Shown piece by piece: positions 1 through 13,200 of a DNA stretch of 64,000 nt. The position numbers and the translations under genes were made by a program. The notes under the pieces were generated by a model, which did no database searches, was not told the origin of the DNA, and saw only the letters and a program-made list of their open reading frames with translations. Each line of letters begins with the position of its first letter. Within the stretch, counting starts at the first letter, position 1. Source of the DNA: Nemertoderma westbladi (Eukaryota > Animalia > Xenacoelomorpha). The stretch is from assembly GCA_032718475.1 (NCBI GenBank), contig JAUCBJ010008813.1, positions 63,417-127,416 on the forward strand, read 5' to 3'.

Positions 1-3000
1 AGACTTAGAGATATCGTTGTAAGTTTATCTGTAGAGAGACTTAGAGAGATCGTTGTAAGTTTATCTGTAGAGACTTAGAGAGATCGTTGTAAGTTTATCT
101 GTAGAGAGACTTAGATAGATCGTTGTAAGTTTATCTGTAGAGACTTAGATAGATCGTTGTAAGTTTATCTGTAGAGAGACTTAGAGAGATCGTTGTAAGA
201 TTATCTGTAGAGAGACTTAGAGAGATCGTTGTAAGTTTATCTGTAGAGAGACTTAGAGAGATCGTTGTAAGTTTATCTGTAGAGAGACTTAGAGAGATCG
301 TTGTAAGTTTATCTGTAGAGAGACTTAGAGAGATCGTTGTAAGTTTATCTGTAGAGAGACTTAGAGAGATCGTTGTAAGTTTATCTGTAGAGACTTAGAG
401 AGATCGTTGTAAGTTTATCTGTAGAGAGACTTAGAGAGATCGTTGTAAGTTTATCTGTAGAGAGACTTAGAGAGATCGTTGTAAGTTTATCTGTAGAGAC
501 TTAGAGAGATCGTTGTAAGTTTATCTGTAGAGAGACTTAGATAGATCGTTGTAAGTTTATCTGTAGAGACTTAGATAGATCGTTGTAAGTTTATCTGTAG
601 AGAGACTTAGAGAGATCGTTGTAAGTTTATCTGTAGAGAGACTTAGAGAGATCGTTGTAAGTTTATCTGTAGAGACTTAGAGAGATCGTTGTAAGTTTAT
701 CTGTAGAGAGACTTAGAGAGATCGTTGTAAGTTTATCTGTAGAGAGACTTAGAGAGATCGTTGTAAGTTTATCTGTAGAGACTTAGAGAGATCGTTGTAA
801 GTTTATCTGTAGAGAGACTTAGAGAGATCGTTGTAAGTTTATCTGTAGAGACTTAGAGAGATCGTTGTAAGTTTATCTGTAGAGAGACTTAGAGAGATCG
901 TTGTAAGTTTATCTGTAGAGAGACTTAGAGAGATCGTTGTAAGTTTATCTGTAGAGACTTTGAGAGATCGTTGTAAGTTTATCTGTAGAGAGACTTAGAT
1001 AGATCGTTGTAAGTTTATCTGTAGAGACTTAGAGAGATCGTTGTAAGTTTATCTGTAGAGACTTAGAGAGATCGTTGTAAGTTTATCTGTAGAGAGACTT
1101 AGAGAGATCGTTGTAAGTTTATCTGTAGAGACTTAGAGAGATCGTTGTAAGTTTATCTGTAGAGAGACTTAGAGAGATCGTTGTAAGTTTATCTGTAGAG
1201 ACTTAGAGAGATCGTTGTAAGTTTATCTGTAGAGAGACTTAGAGAGATCGTTGTAAGTTTATCTGTAGAGAGACTTAGAGAGATCGTTGTAAGTTTATCT
1301 GTAGAGAGACTTAGAGAGATCGTTGTAAGTTTATCTGTAGAGACTTAGAGAGATCGTTGTAAGTTTATCTGTAGAGAGACTTAGAGAGATCGTTGTAAGT
1401 TTATCTGTAGAGAGACTTAGAGAGATCGTTGTAAGTTTATCTGTAGAGAGACTTAGAGAGATCGTTGTCAGTTTATCTGTAGAGACTTAGAGAGATCGTT
1501 GTAAGTTTATCTGTAGAGAGACTTAGAGAGATCGTTGTAAGTTTATCTGTAGAGAGACTTAGATAGATCGTTGTAAGTTTATCTGTAGAGACTTAGAGAG
1601 GTCGTTGTAAGTTTATCTGTAGAGAGACTTAGAGAGATCGTTGTAAGTTTATCTGTAGAGAGACTTAGAGAGATCGTTGTAAGTTTATCTGTAGAGAGAC
1701 TTAGAGAGATCGTTGTAAGTTTATCTGTAGAGAGACTTAGAGAGATCGTTGTAAGTTTATCTGTAGAGAGACTTAGAGAGATCGTTGTAAGTTTATCTGT
1801 AGAGGCTTAGAGAGATCGTTGTAAGTTTATCTGTAGAGAGACTTAGAGAGATCGTTGTAAGTTTATCTGTAGAGAGACTTAGAGAGATCGTTGTCAGTTT
1901 ATCTGTAGAGAGACTTAGAGAGATCGTTGTAAGTTTATCTGTAGAGAGACTTAGAGAGATCGTTGTAAGTTTATCTGTAGAGAGACTTAGAGAGATCGTT
2001 GTAAGTTTATCTGTAGAGACTTAGAGAGATCGTTGTCAGTTTATCTGTAGAGAGACTTAGAGAGATCGTTGTAAGTTTATCTGTAGAGACTTAGAGAGAT
2101 CGTTGTCAGTTTATCTGTAGAGAGACTTAGAGAGATCGTTGTAAGTTTATCTGTAGAGAGACTTAGAGAGATCGTTGTAAGTTTATCTGTAGAGACTTAG
2201 AGAGATCGTTGTCAGTTTATCTGTAGAGAGACTTAGAGAGATCGTTGTAAGTTTATCTGTAGAGACTTAGAGAGATCGTTGTCAGTTTATCTGTAGAGAG
2301 ACTTAGAGAGATCGTTGTCAGTTTATCTGTAGAGAGACTTAGAGAGATCGTTGTAAGTTTATCTGTAGAGAGACTTAGAGAGATCGTTGTAAGTTTATCT
2401 GTAGAGAGACTTAGATAGATCGTTGTAAGTTTATCTGTAGAGACTTAGAGAGGTCGTTGTAAGTTTATCTGTAGAGAGACTTAGAGAGATCGTTGTAAGT
2501 TTATCTGTAGAGAGACTTAGAGAGATCGTTGTAAGTTTATCTGTAGAGAGACTTAGAGAGATCGTTGTAAGTTTATCTGTAGAGAGACTTAGAGAGATCG
2601 TTGTAAGTTTATCTGTAGAGAGACTTAGAGAGATCGTTGTAAGTTTATCTGTAGAGACTTAGAGAGATCGTTGTAAGTTTATCTGTAGAGAGACTTAGAG
2701 AGATCGTTGTAAGTTTATCTGTAGAGAGACTTAGAGAGATCGTTGTAAGTTTATCTGTAGAGACTTAGAGAGATCGTTGTCAGTTTATCTGTAGAGAGAC
2801 TTAGAGAGATCGTTGTAAGTTTATCTGTAGAGAGACTTAGAGAGATCGTTGTAAGTTTATCTGTAGAGAGACTTAGAGAGATCGTTGTAAGTTTATCTGT
2901 AGAGACTTAGAGAGATCGTTGTCAGTTTATCTGTAGAGAGACTTAGAGAGATCGTTGTAAGTTTATCTGTAGAGAGACTTAGAGAGATCGTTGTAAGTTT

Positions 3001-4138
3001 ATCTGTAGAGAGACTTAGAGAGATCGTTGTAAGTTTATCTGTAGAGAGACTTAGAGAGATCGTTGTAAGTTTATCTGTAGAGAGACTTAGAGAGATCGTT
3101 GTAAGTTTATCTGTAGAGAGACTTAGAGAGATCGTTGTAAGTTTATCTGTAGAGACTTAGAGAGATCGTTGTAAGTTTATCTGTAGAGAGACTTAGAGAG
3201 ATCGTTGTAAGTTTATCTGTAGAGAGACTTAGAGAGATCGTTGTAAGTTTATCTGTAGAGAGACTTAGAGAGATCGTTGTAAGTTTATCTGTAGAGACTT
3301 AGAGAGATCGTTGTAAGTTTATCTGTAGTGAGACTTAGAGAGATCGTTGTAAGTTTATCTGTAGAGAGACTTAGATAGATCGTTGTAAGTTTATCTGTAG
3401 AGACTTAGAGAGATCGTTGTAAGTTTATCTGTAGAGAGACTTAGAGAGATCGTTGTAAGTTTATCTGTAGAGAGACTTAGAGAGATCGTTGTAAGTTTAT
3501 CTGTAGAGACTTAGAGAGATCGTTGTAAGTTTATCTGTAGAGACTTAGAGAGATCGTTGTAAGTTTATCTGTAGAGAGACTTAGAGAGATCGTTGTAAGT
3601 TTATCTGTAGAGAGACTTAGAGAGATCGTTGTCAGTTTATCTGTAGAGAGACTTAGAGAGATCGTTGTAAGTTTATCTGTAGAGAGACTTAGAGAGATCG
3701 TTGTAAGTTTATCTGTAGAGAGACTTAGAGAGATCGTTGTAAGTTTATCTGTAGAGACTTAGAGAGATCGTTGTAAGTTTATCTGTAGAGAGACTTAGAG
3801 AGATCGTTGTAAGTTTATCTGTAGAGAGACTTAGAGAGATCGTTGTAAGTTTATCTGTAGAGAGACTTAGAGAGATCGTTGTAAGTTTATCTGTAGAGAC
3901 TTAGAGAGATCGTTGTAAGTTTATCTGTAGAGAGACTTAGAGAGATCGTTGTAAGTTTATCTGTAGAGAGACTTAGATAGATCGTTGTAAGTTTATCTGT
4001 AGAGACTTAGAGAGATCGTTGTAAGTTTATCTGTAGAGAGACTTAGAGAGATCGTTGTAAGTTTATCTGTAGAGAGACTTAGAGAGATCGTTGTAAGTTT
4101 ATCTGTAGAGAGACTTAGAGAGATCGTTGTAAGATTAT
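1..4138 (+). repeat. 34/36-bp tandem array (~115 copies; runs off the window start) built from an EPC exon 3' end plus its splice donor
   Basis: Unit is AGAGACTTAGAGAGATCGTT|GTAAGTTTATCTGT(AG). The exon part reads R-D-L-E-R-S-(TT) and joins the exon at 4203 in frame (TT|G GAC CTT). Copy number estimated from length. Confidence 0.95.
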
Positions 4139-4202
4139 ACGTTCTGTTATGTTAATGTTAAACCGTTCTAAATTTGGTTACCATGGTATTTTGTTTATTT
4201 AG

Positions 4203-7200
4203 GGACCTTCTGAATTTAGTTCGTAAACGGGAGAAACAAAAAAAGGAGTTGGTACGTTTGTCTATAGAACTGTATGAGAAGCAGTACCAGATGGGAGACT
4301 ATACCTCGACAGTCTACAATGACCTCGTCAAGGTTTTGAGACACGAGAAACCCTCGTACACAGTGCCAGTAGTGCCCAAATACAGACGGCAGGGGGAGCA
4401 GACCCACCCAAGGGTAAGTAAGAAACCCTCGTACACAGTGCCAGTAGTGCCCAAGTACAGACGGACGGCAGGGGGAGCAGACCCACCCAAGGGTAAGTAA
4501 GAAACCCTCGTACACAGTGCCAGTAGTGCCCAAGTACAGACGGACGGCAGGGGGAGCAGACCCACCCAAGGGTAAGTAAGAAACCCTCGTACACAGTGCC
4601 AGTAGTACCCAAGTACAGACGGACGGCAGGGGGAGCAGACCCACCCAAGGGTAAGTAAGAAACCCTCGTACACAGTGCCAGTAGTGCCCAAGTACAGACA
4701 GACGGCAGGGGGAGCAGACCCACCCAAGGGTAAGTAAGAAACCCTCGTACACAGTGCCAGTAGTACCCAAGTACAGACGGACGGCAGGGAGAGCAGACCC
4801 ACCCAAGGGTAAGTAAGAAACCCTCGTACACAGTGCCAGTAGTACCCAAGTACAGACGGACGGCAGGGAGAGCAGACCCACCCAAGGTAAGTAAGAAACC
4901 CTCGTACACAGTGCCAGTAGTACCCAAGTACAGACGGACGGCAGGGGGAGCAGACCCACCCAAGGTAAGTAAGAAACCCTCGTACACAGTGCCGTTATTG
5001 TTCCAGGACGACTACCGTAAGCGCCGCCGTTACGAACGTTCCCGCGGTGGTTCTATCGCCAAACTGAAGTCCTACCGTTCGGTGTACCCTCCCCACCCGG
5101 GTAGCCAACCCCCCTACCGTGGCAACCCCACCCACCATCCACCCGCGCACTACCCCCCCTCCGCCCAGACGTCCCAGCACCCACCCAGACTGCGGGTGGA
5201 CTCCTCCAGGGTCTACGAGTTGGGGGAGACAGAGCGACGGGCCGTCGAGACATCGACAGTTCCTGCACAGTCGCCGGCCCAAAAGGTTAGATAAAGTAAA
5301 CCAACGGAATTTATTATATGTTATTCTTTAAGAAATATGTGAAACGCTTGCACTTAATTTAAAGAAGTAATTTAATTGGAAAGTTTGAGATTACAGTAAC
5401 TTAAATTAAATTTAATTAATTAATTAATGCAATTAAATCCTATATTCTCCTTCTTCTATAATACAATTGCCAATGATATATGTTTGTTTGACACAGCCGT
5501 ATCTACACCTAAACGCTCCGGTGGTTTGCTACAAGACTTTGTATGGTGATTTACATGTGTATTGGCCATGGAATAGGAAAGTTACGCATTAATTAATTAA
5601 TTAATTCTCGAGATAATTAAGAAATTGATTGGAATTGAATTGAAAATTGAAATGTTTTCATTATATGGAATTTTTCTATCAGTAAACCAACCAGTAATCA
5701 ATAGCAAGGCATTGATTACAGGCAGAAAGCCGGTCTTCCCAGGATGCCTTGTATAAGGCGAAGCAGGACTCCGCCTTTCTTGGTGTTCCCGCTGAACGGC
5801 GCACGGCGGTTGAGAGAACGGTGTCCCACAAGACGGGTGGGTGGCTGTCAGCGCAGCCCTCCGTTGTGGATCACAGTGATCACAACGATCTGGACCCGGA
5901 GGTGTTCCGCGATAACCTCAATCTGAGGTATGGACTGACACCACCGAGTCTACCAGCTAGCTGCGAGGGGTGTGGGGGGGCGTTTACGACCTCGCATGCC
6001 CTGAATTGCAAGTCTGGTGGGCTCATTATAAAGCGCCATGACGAGGTTCGCGAGGTATTCGGAGACCTCATTGCGACTGCCTTTGGGGGGTCGGTTGTCC
6101 AGCGGGAGGTCACGTTGGTAACTGTGACCCTGATAGACAGGGCCGCGAGGTGGGGGGAGTCAGGGCAGACCTCTTGGCGAGGGGAGTCGGGGCCGAACTG
6201 AGGGTGGCGTCTTTTGATATCGCGATCATTAACGCTGACGCCCCCTCATACGTTAATCGGACCCTAGACTCCGCCCTCCAACAGCGGGTCCGCGCAAAGA
6301 AGGGTCCACTACGGTGCGGTTTGCGAGGATCGCCGGATCTCCTTCACCCCCCTAGTCGGAACCACCGTCGGGGTGTGGTGCAAGGAGGCCGAGATCTTGA
6401 TTCGCCACGTAGCGGAGACCTTAGTCGCACGGCGGGATGCAATGCGTCAACGCGGCCTTGCGTGCGTGTTGGGCGGGGTTCGGAGGCGCCTCCAATTCGC
6501 GCTACTCCGCTCCAACTCCCTCTGTCTGCGCGGTGGTCGAAGGCCGTGGAGGGGACTCGGGTTTGTAGACGGTGCCGGTCTGAGGGGGTCTGACCTCCCA
6601 GATCGTTACTGATCCCCCCCCCCCCCCCCCCCCCCACTCTTTAATTACTTCACATGTCTTCTGGTGGTGGGTCATCATTTACCTTTTTGATGCATTTTAT
6701 AATATATTACTTTATGAGAATTTAGAAGCAAGTATTCCAGTCAAATTGTAATCAATAGCAAGATAATATTAATATAACTTTATCTTACTACTTTTTCAGA
6801 AGTGTAAGATAAAGTGAATGTCACCAAAATCCCGCCACATATACTAATAACTTAGGAATTTAATCCAAAATTGCAATCCCGATCCCGGAAATCCCGAAAA
6901 GTCAGGTCCCGTTTGAACACTATGATATACCATCGAAAATAGAAATTTGAAAAACAAGTTTCTGGCCCCCACTAACAGCCTGCGGTAGATTTTTAACAAA
7001 ATTTATCTAAAAACACTTATCCCGCACATTAGTTGGAGCCCCCATTCTGCTCCCATTCTGCCCCCATTCTGCTCCCATTCTGCCCCCATTATGTCCCCAT
7101 TTTGCCCCCATTCTGCTCCCATTCTGCCCCCATTCTGCTCCCATTCTGCCCCCATTCTGCCCCATTATGTCCCCATTTTGCCCCCATTCTGCTCCCATTC

Positions 7201-10200
7201 TGCCCCCATTATGTCCCCATTTTGCCCCCATTCTGCCCCCATTCTGCTCCCATTCTGCCCCCATTCTGCTCCCATTTTGCCCCCATTCTGCCCCCATTAT
7301 GTCCCCATATTACCCCCATTCTGTTCCCATTCTGCCCCCATTCTGCTCCCATTCTGCCCCCATTCTGCTCCCATTCTGCCCCCATTCTGCTCCCATTCTG
7401 CCCCCATTCTGCTCCCATTCTGCCCCCATTCTGCCCCCATTCTGCTCCAATTCTGCCCCCATTTTGCCCCATTCTGCTCCCATTCTGCCCCCATTATGTC
7501 CCCATTTTGCCCCCATTCTGCTCCCATTCTGCCCCCATTATGTCCCCATTTTGCCCCCATTCTGCCCCCATTCTGCTCCCATTCTGCCCCCATTCTGCTC
7601 CCATTTTGCCCCCATTCTGCCCCCATTCTGCCCCCATTATGTCCCCATTTTACCCCCATTCTGCTCCCATTCTGCTCCCATTCTGCCCCCATTCTGCCCC
7701 TGCCCCCATTCTGCCCCCATTATGCCCCCATTTTACCCCCATTCTGCTCCCATTCTGCCCCCATTCTGCTCCCATTCTGCCCCCATTCTGCTCCCATTCT
7801 GCCCCCATTATGTCCCCATTTTGCCCCCATTCTGCTCCCATTCTGCCCCCATTATGTCCCCATTCTGCCCCCATTCTGCCCCCATTCTGCCCCCATTATG
7901 CCCCCCTTATGTCCCCATTTTGCTCCCATTCTGCTCCCATTTTGCCCCCATTTTGCCCCCATTCTGCTCCCATTTTGCTCCCATTCTGCCCCCATTCTGT
8001 TCCCATTCTGCTCCCATTTTGCCCCCATTATGTCCCCATTTTGCTCCCATTCTTCCCCCATTATGCTCCCTTTTGGATTATGATTACGATTATGCCGACC
8101 TAAAATTTTCATTATGGCGGTTTTCGTGGTCGAGGATTTCTTTTTCAAAATTAGTTGTGGAATATTTGGTGGAATCTAGGTCAGTCTGTCCGCGGGTCTG
8201 TTTTACATTTTACGGACAGACCGGATGACTGACAGACATCGGGAACTAAGAAATCTAGCCGTATTCTAGAAAGCTAACCCGTATTCAGATCTGAAATCCT
8301 TTTTAAATTTACCAGCGGTATTTTGTTGAATATAATTTATTCAATAAATTTATTTATATTAATTACGAATTTATTTGAATATTTCTTAAGGTAAATTTGT
8401 TACCCAATTGTAATTTTATTATAATAATAAACGTTCAGAATCAATCTCGGATCTTCTCCCTTTTTAGGGAGAGTATGTTGGATTTATATTATAAATACTG
8501 GTTTCCGTCGTCAATTTATATTTTCGTTTGAAATTACGTATAGCTAGAAGTTAACAACGTTTTATGGTTTATAGCCTACTCCAGCGGCGGTTGCTGTGGA
8601 TCTACAACCCGATGGACAGTTCACATTCCGAAGAATAGATGGCGCTTCATACTATGCAGTAAGTGTTACACCTTCGGGGGGGGGGGGGGGGGGGGGGGTA
8701 GAGGAAGGGTTGTATATAATTCATTATCATATCGTTTAGGCTTCTACAACAGACACAGTGCAATCAATGTATCCTCCACCCTACCGCTTGATGGCGTTAC
8801 ACTCGCCTGGCGCTCACACCCCTGGCGACGGCGATAGTCCAATAGGAAGGGGGCGTCATCGTTGCCTTGGATACGGTCGTCGGAGATTGGCCAGAGGCGG
8901 TAGGGTGTCCCTTGATAGGTGGGTGGACATTAACTTTAATTTAACCAATAATTATCTTATTAATTGTTGTTGTTACACTATTTTACATTATCTCTTTTTT
9001 TAATCAGTTTAAAAACAATAAATTTATAATTTAATATTTAACGATTTTAATTTAGAGATTTTAAATGTCGGAAGATTATAATACTCGAAATATTTCATCC
9101 GAAACTACATAGATGCACGATTTCACAGACTTTTATGAACGGGACTTGGTAACAAACTACACGAAAATCAATATTAGGCCCTTCAAATAGTTTCTACAGG
9201 GGCTTGGAATATAAGTTACTCTAATTATATTTAATATATATTTTCAATTCGCAAATTGTTAAAGCGTCGTCTCTATTACTGAATAGCACAACATATCTAC
9301 CGTGTGCCCCATCACAGTCAATGTTAGCGACGGCTACATCAGCTAATGGAGTTCCACAATGGACTTTATCATTGATTGTTCCCAAGGCATTCAGTAAACT
9401 CCGGCGATTCTCGGTCAATACGAATATCTGAAAAGTTAAAATAGTTTTATTGGTTACCACCACAGTCACCCCTCTAGCGGGAGACTCGAAAAATACTAAT
9501 TATAATGTAAACATTAGACAGAGACTAGGTGTTTACCGGGTTTGGTTTCATTTCATCAAGATTAACTTGAGCTATTCGCTTTCAAACATTAGCTAACAGA
9601 CATACATACAGGACAGACCGACCGACCGACCGACCGACCGACCGACCGACCGACCGACCGACCGACCGACCGACCGACCGACCGACCGACCGACCGACCG
9701 ACCGACCGACCGACCGACCGACCGACCGACCGACCGACCGACCGACCGACCGACCGACCGACCGACCGACCGACCGACCGACCGACAGACAACTACTGAA
9801 ACAGCGGTTCCCCTATGTTAAGATCTTTTACTGTATTGATGCGGTAATAATAACATATTTATCTAAGTCGAACCTTGGCTCCTGTAATTCTGTGTGAGCA
9901 GCAGTCCTTTCTGTTGTAAACGACAACATTGCTGATCGAGGTTACTATCTCAAGGTCCACCCAGAACCAGTGAGGTCCATTGTTTCCGGCTGTGTGTGAA
10001 CAAGAGTTGCGGTTATACCGGCCACCTGTGTTACCATCCACCGCTCTAGAGGATAGTCCACCAGAATCTGTACTATCCTGTCCGGTTGGTTTAGCTATGG
10101 CGACATTACCTACACAACATAATGGTAAACTCGAACTATAGCTTGCGATATTGATATTCTCAGAAAATAATAAATTTTGAGATTTTTGTTTTTTTTTAAA

Positions 10201-13200
10201 CACCCGGAACTAATAACTCGATGAAATTGGAAGTATACTTCATAAAACATTACTTAACATAAGATAGTTCCAAATCCTCTTTGACCGAATTGTTCCTATC
10301 GGAACTCCAGAACTGTTTTCAATCCCCCATAACTACCTACTCCCCGGGAGAAACTAACACTCATTTAGATACCATTAGTGTGCCTTGGCTAGTTCCTTAG
10401 TTACTACCCAGGTCCCCATGCCGGGCTCGAAGCCACGACCTCGACGATAAATTTAATCCAACGGATTTAACCACGACGCCAAGATGAACATGTTATGGGA
10501 CATGGGACACATTTTCGAGTATTTTGTTTAGATATTGTTTTATGCTAAAATTTCACCTACAAGTTCTCCATGCTACATATTCTATTAAGCTTTAATATTC
10601 AGGATACTGAATTTCTATAACATGGAACTTACGCTTCTTGTTTTCAAGCAGGCAAGTTTCTTCAATATATTCCAAGTGGTAATTTGTGGTGTTTCTGACT
10701 CCCTTACACAACCACTGAAACGTACATAAAATTACAGTTATAGTATGATGGTGTCAGACTGACTGTCATATTATAATCATAGACAGTGGTATTATGGTCA
10801 GTTACACTTACTGGTACTGTAGTTGTCAGACTGACGGTCATATAATCATAGGAATACGATGGTACGAGATCATCTGGACTCACATCCTCCGCATATTTGT
10901 CGTTTAATTGGCAAGCGAATCCATCTGATTGCTTGTTGTTTCTAAAGTTGATTGATTTGCAATTACGATTCCTGTAATTTAATTGTGTAATCTTGTTTAC
11001 ATCATGGTGTAATGTAATGTAATACTTTATAGGATTACTATGCAGTATACATGTTGGTTTACTTACTTTATATCGCACCGGCCCACATGCATTCACCTCA
11101 AACACAACGCCGCTACCACAATAGTAAAGGAAACTCTTTTTTAGTATTTAATATTATTATTTTGTATTTTATTTAAAAGTCAAGGAGAATAAACTATTGA
11201 GATTCTCAGAGGTGTTTATTAATAAGTTCTGCTCTGATTAACATCTCATTGTACAGTGTAGCCTATAGCGAACCATTAGGTGGTCTCTTACTCCACTATA
11301 TTGGTACACTATGCACACCCAACAATGGCCTTATAGTATATTTGATACAAAACATTGAATAGAATTGAATTGAATTTCGTATTGAATCCGTATTCGATCC
11401 TCAACGCATAGCCTAGAATCCAATATCTTGGATTTCTGATATAAGTAAATTGTGCCATAATGTTTAAATAACTCACCCGGTACACACACCAGCACATCTT
11501 AATAACTCACCTGGGTACACACACATACCAGCACATCTTAATAACTCACCCGGTACGGGTACACACACCAGCACACATCTGAATAACTCACCTGGTACAC
11601 ATACCTGCACATCTTAATAACTCACCTGGTACACATAGCAGCACATCTTAATAACTCACCTGGGTACACACACACACCAGCACATCTTAATAACTCACCT
11701 GGTACACATACCAGCCACATCTTAATAACTCACCTGGGTACACAACACACACATACCAGCAGATCTTAATAACTCACCTAGTACACATACCAGCACATCT
11801 CAATAACTCACCTGGTACACATAGCAGCACATCTTAATAACTCACCTGGGTACACACACATACCAGCACATCTTAATAACTCACCTGGTATACATACCAG
11901 CCACATCTTAATAACTAACCTGGTACACATACCAGCCACATCTTAATAACTCACCTGGGTACACAACACACACATACCAGCAGATCTTAATAACTCACCT
12001 GGGTACACAACACACACATACCAGCAGATCTTAATAACTCACCTGGTACACATACCAGCACATCTTAATAACTCACCTGGTACACATACCAGCACATCTT
12101 AATAACTCACCTGGTACACATACCAGCACACATCTTAATAACTCACCTGGGTACACAACACACACATACCAGCAGATCTTAATAACTCACCTGGTACACA
12201 TACCAGCACACATCTTAATAACTCACCTGGTACACACACCAGCACACATCTTAATAACTCACCTGGTACACATACCAGCACACATCTTAATAACTCACCT
12301 GGGTACACAACACACACATACCAGCAGATCTTAATAACTCACCTGGTACACATACCAGCACATCTTAATAACTCACCTGGGTACACACACATACCGGCAC
12401 ACATCTTAGTAACTCACCTGGTACACATACCAGCACATCTTAATAACTCACCTGGGTACACACACATACCGGCACACATCTTAGTAACTCACCTGGTACA
12501 CATACCAGCACATCTTAATAACTCACCTGGGTACACATGCCAGCACACATCTGAATAACTCACCTGGTACACATACCAGCACATCTTAATAACTCACCTG
12601 GGTACACACACATACCGCCACACATCTTAGTAACTCACCTGGTACACATACCAGCACATCTTAATAACTCACCTGGGTACACACACATACCGGCACACAT
12701 CTTAGTAACTCACCTGGTACACATACCAGCACATCTTAAGAACTCGTACACACACATACCAGCACACATCTTAGTAACTCACCTGGTACACATACCAGCA
12801 CATCTTAATAACTCACCTGGGTACCCACACACACATACCATCACATCTTAATAACTCACCTGGTACACATACCAGCACATCTTAATAACTCACCTGGGTA
12901 CACACACATACCAGCACACATCCTAGTAACTCACCTGGTACATATACCAGCACATCTTAATAATTCACCTGGGTACACATACATACCAGCACACATCTTA
13001 ATAACTCACCTGGGTACACAACACACACATACCATCACAACTTAATAACTCACCTGGTACACATACCAGCACATCTTAATATCTCACCTGGGTACACACA
13101 CATACCAGCACACATCTTAGTAACTCACCTGGTACATATACCAGCACATCTTAATAACTCACCTGGGTACACATACATACCAGCACACATCTTAATAACT

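Noticed and set aside
1-4138. CRISPR array (34-36-bp period)
   Set aside because: No unique spacers, no cas genes, eukaryotic spliced context; the unit is exon-derived.
4216-4987. Minus-strand ORFs of 162-247 aa
   Set aside because: Stop-free readings of the 79-bp array, antisense to EPC.
7007-8228. Pro/Cys/His-rich ORFs of 330-356 aa
   Set aside because: The 11-bp repeat is open in all three frames; no evidence of coding.
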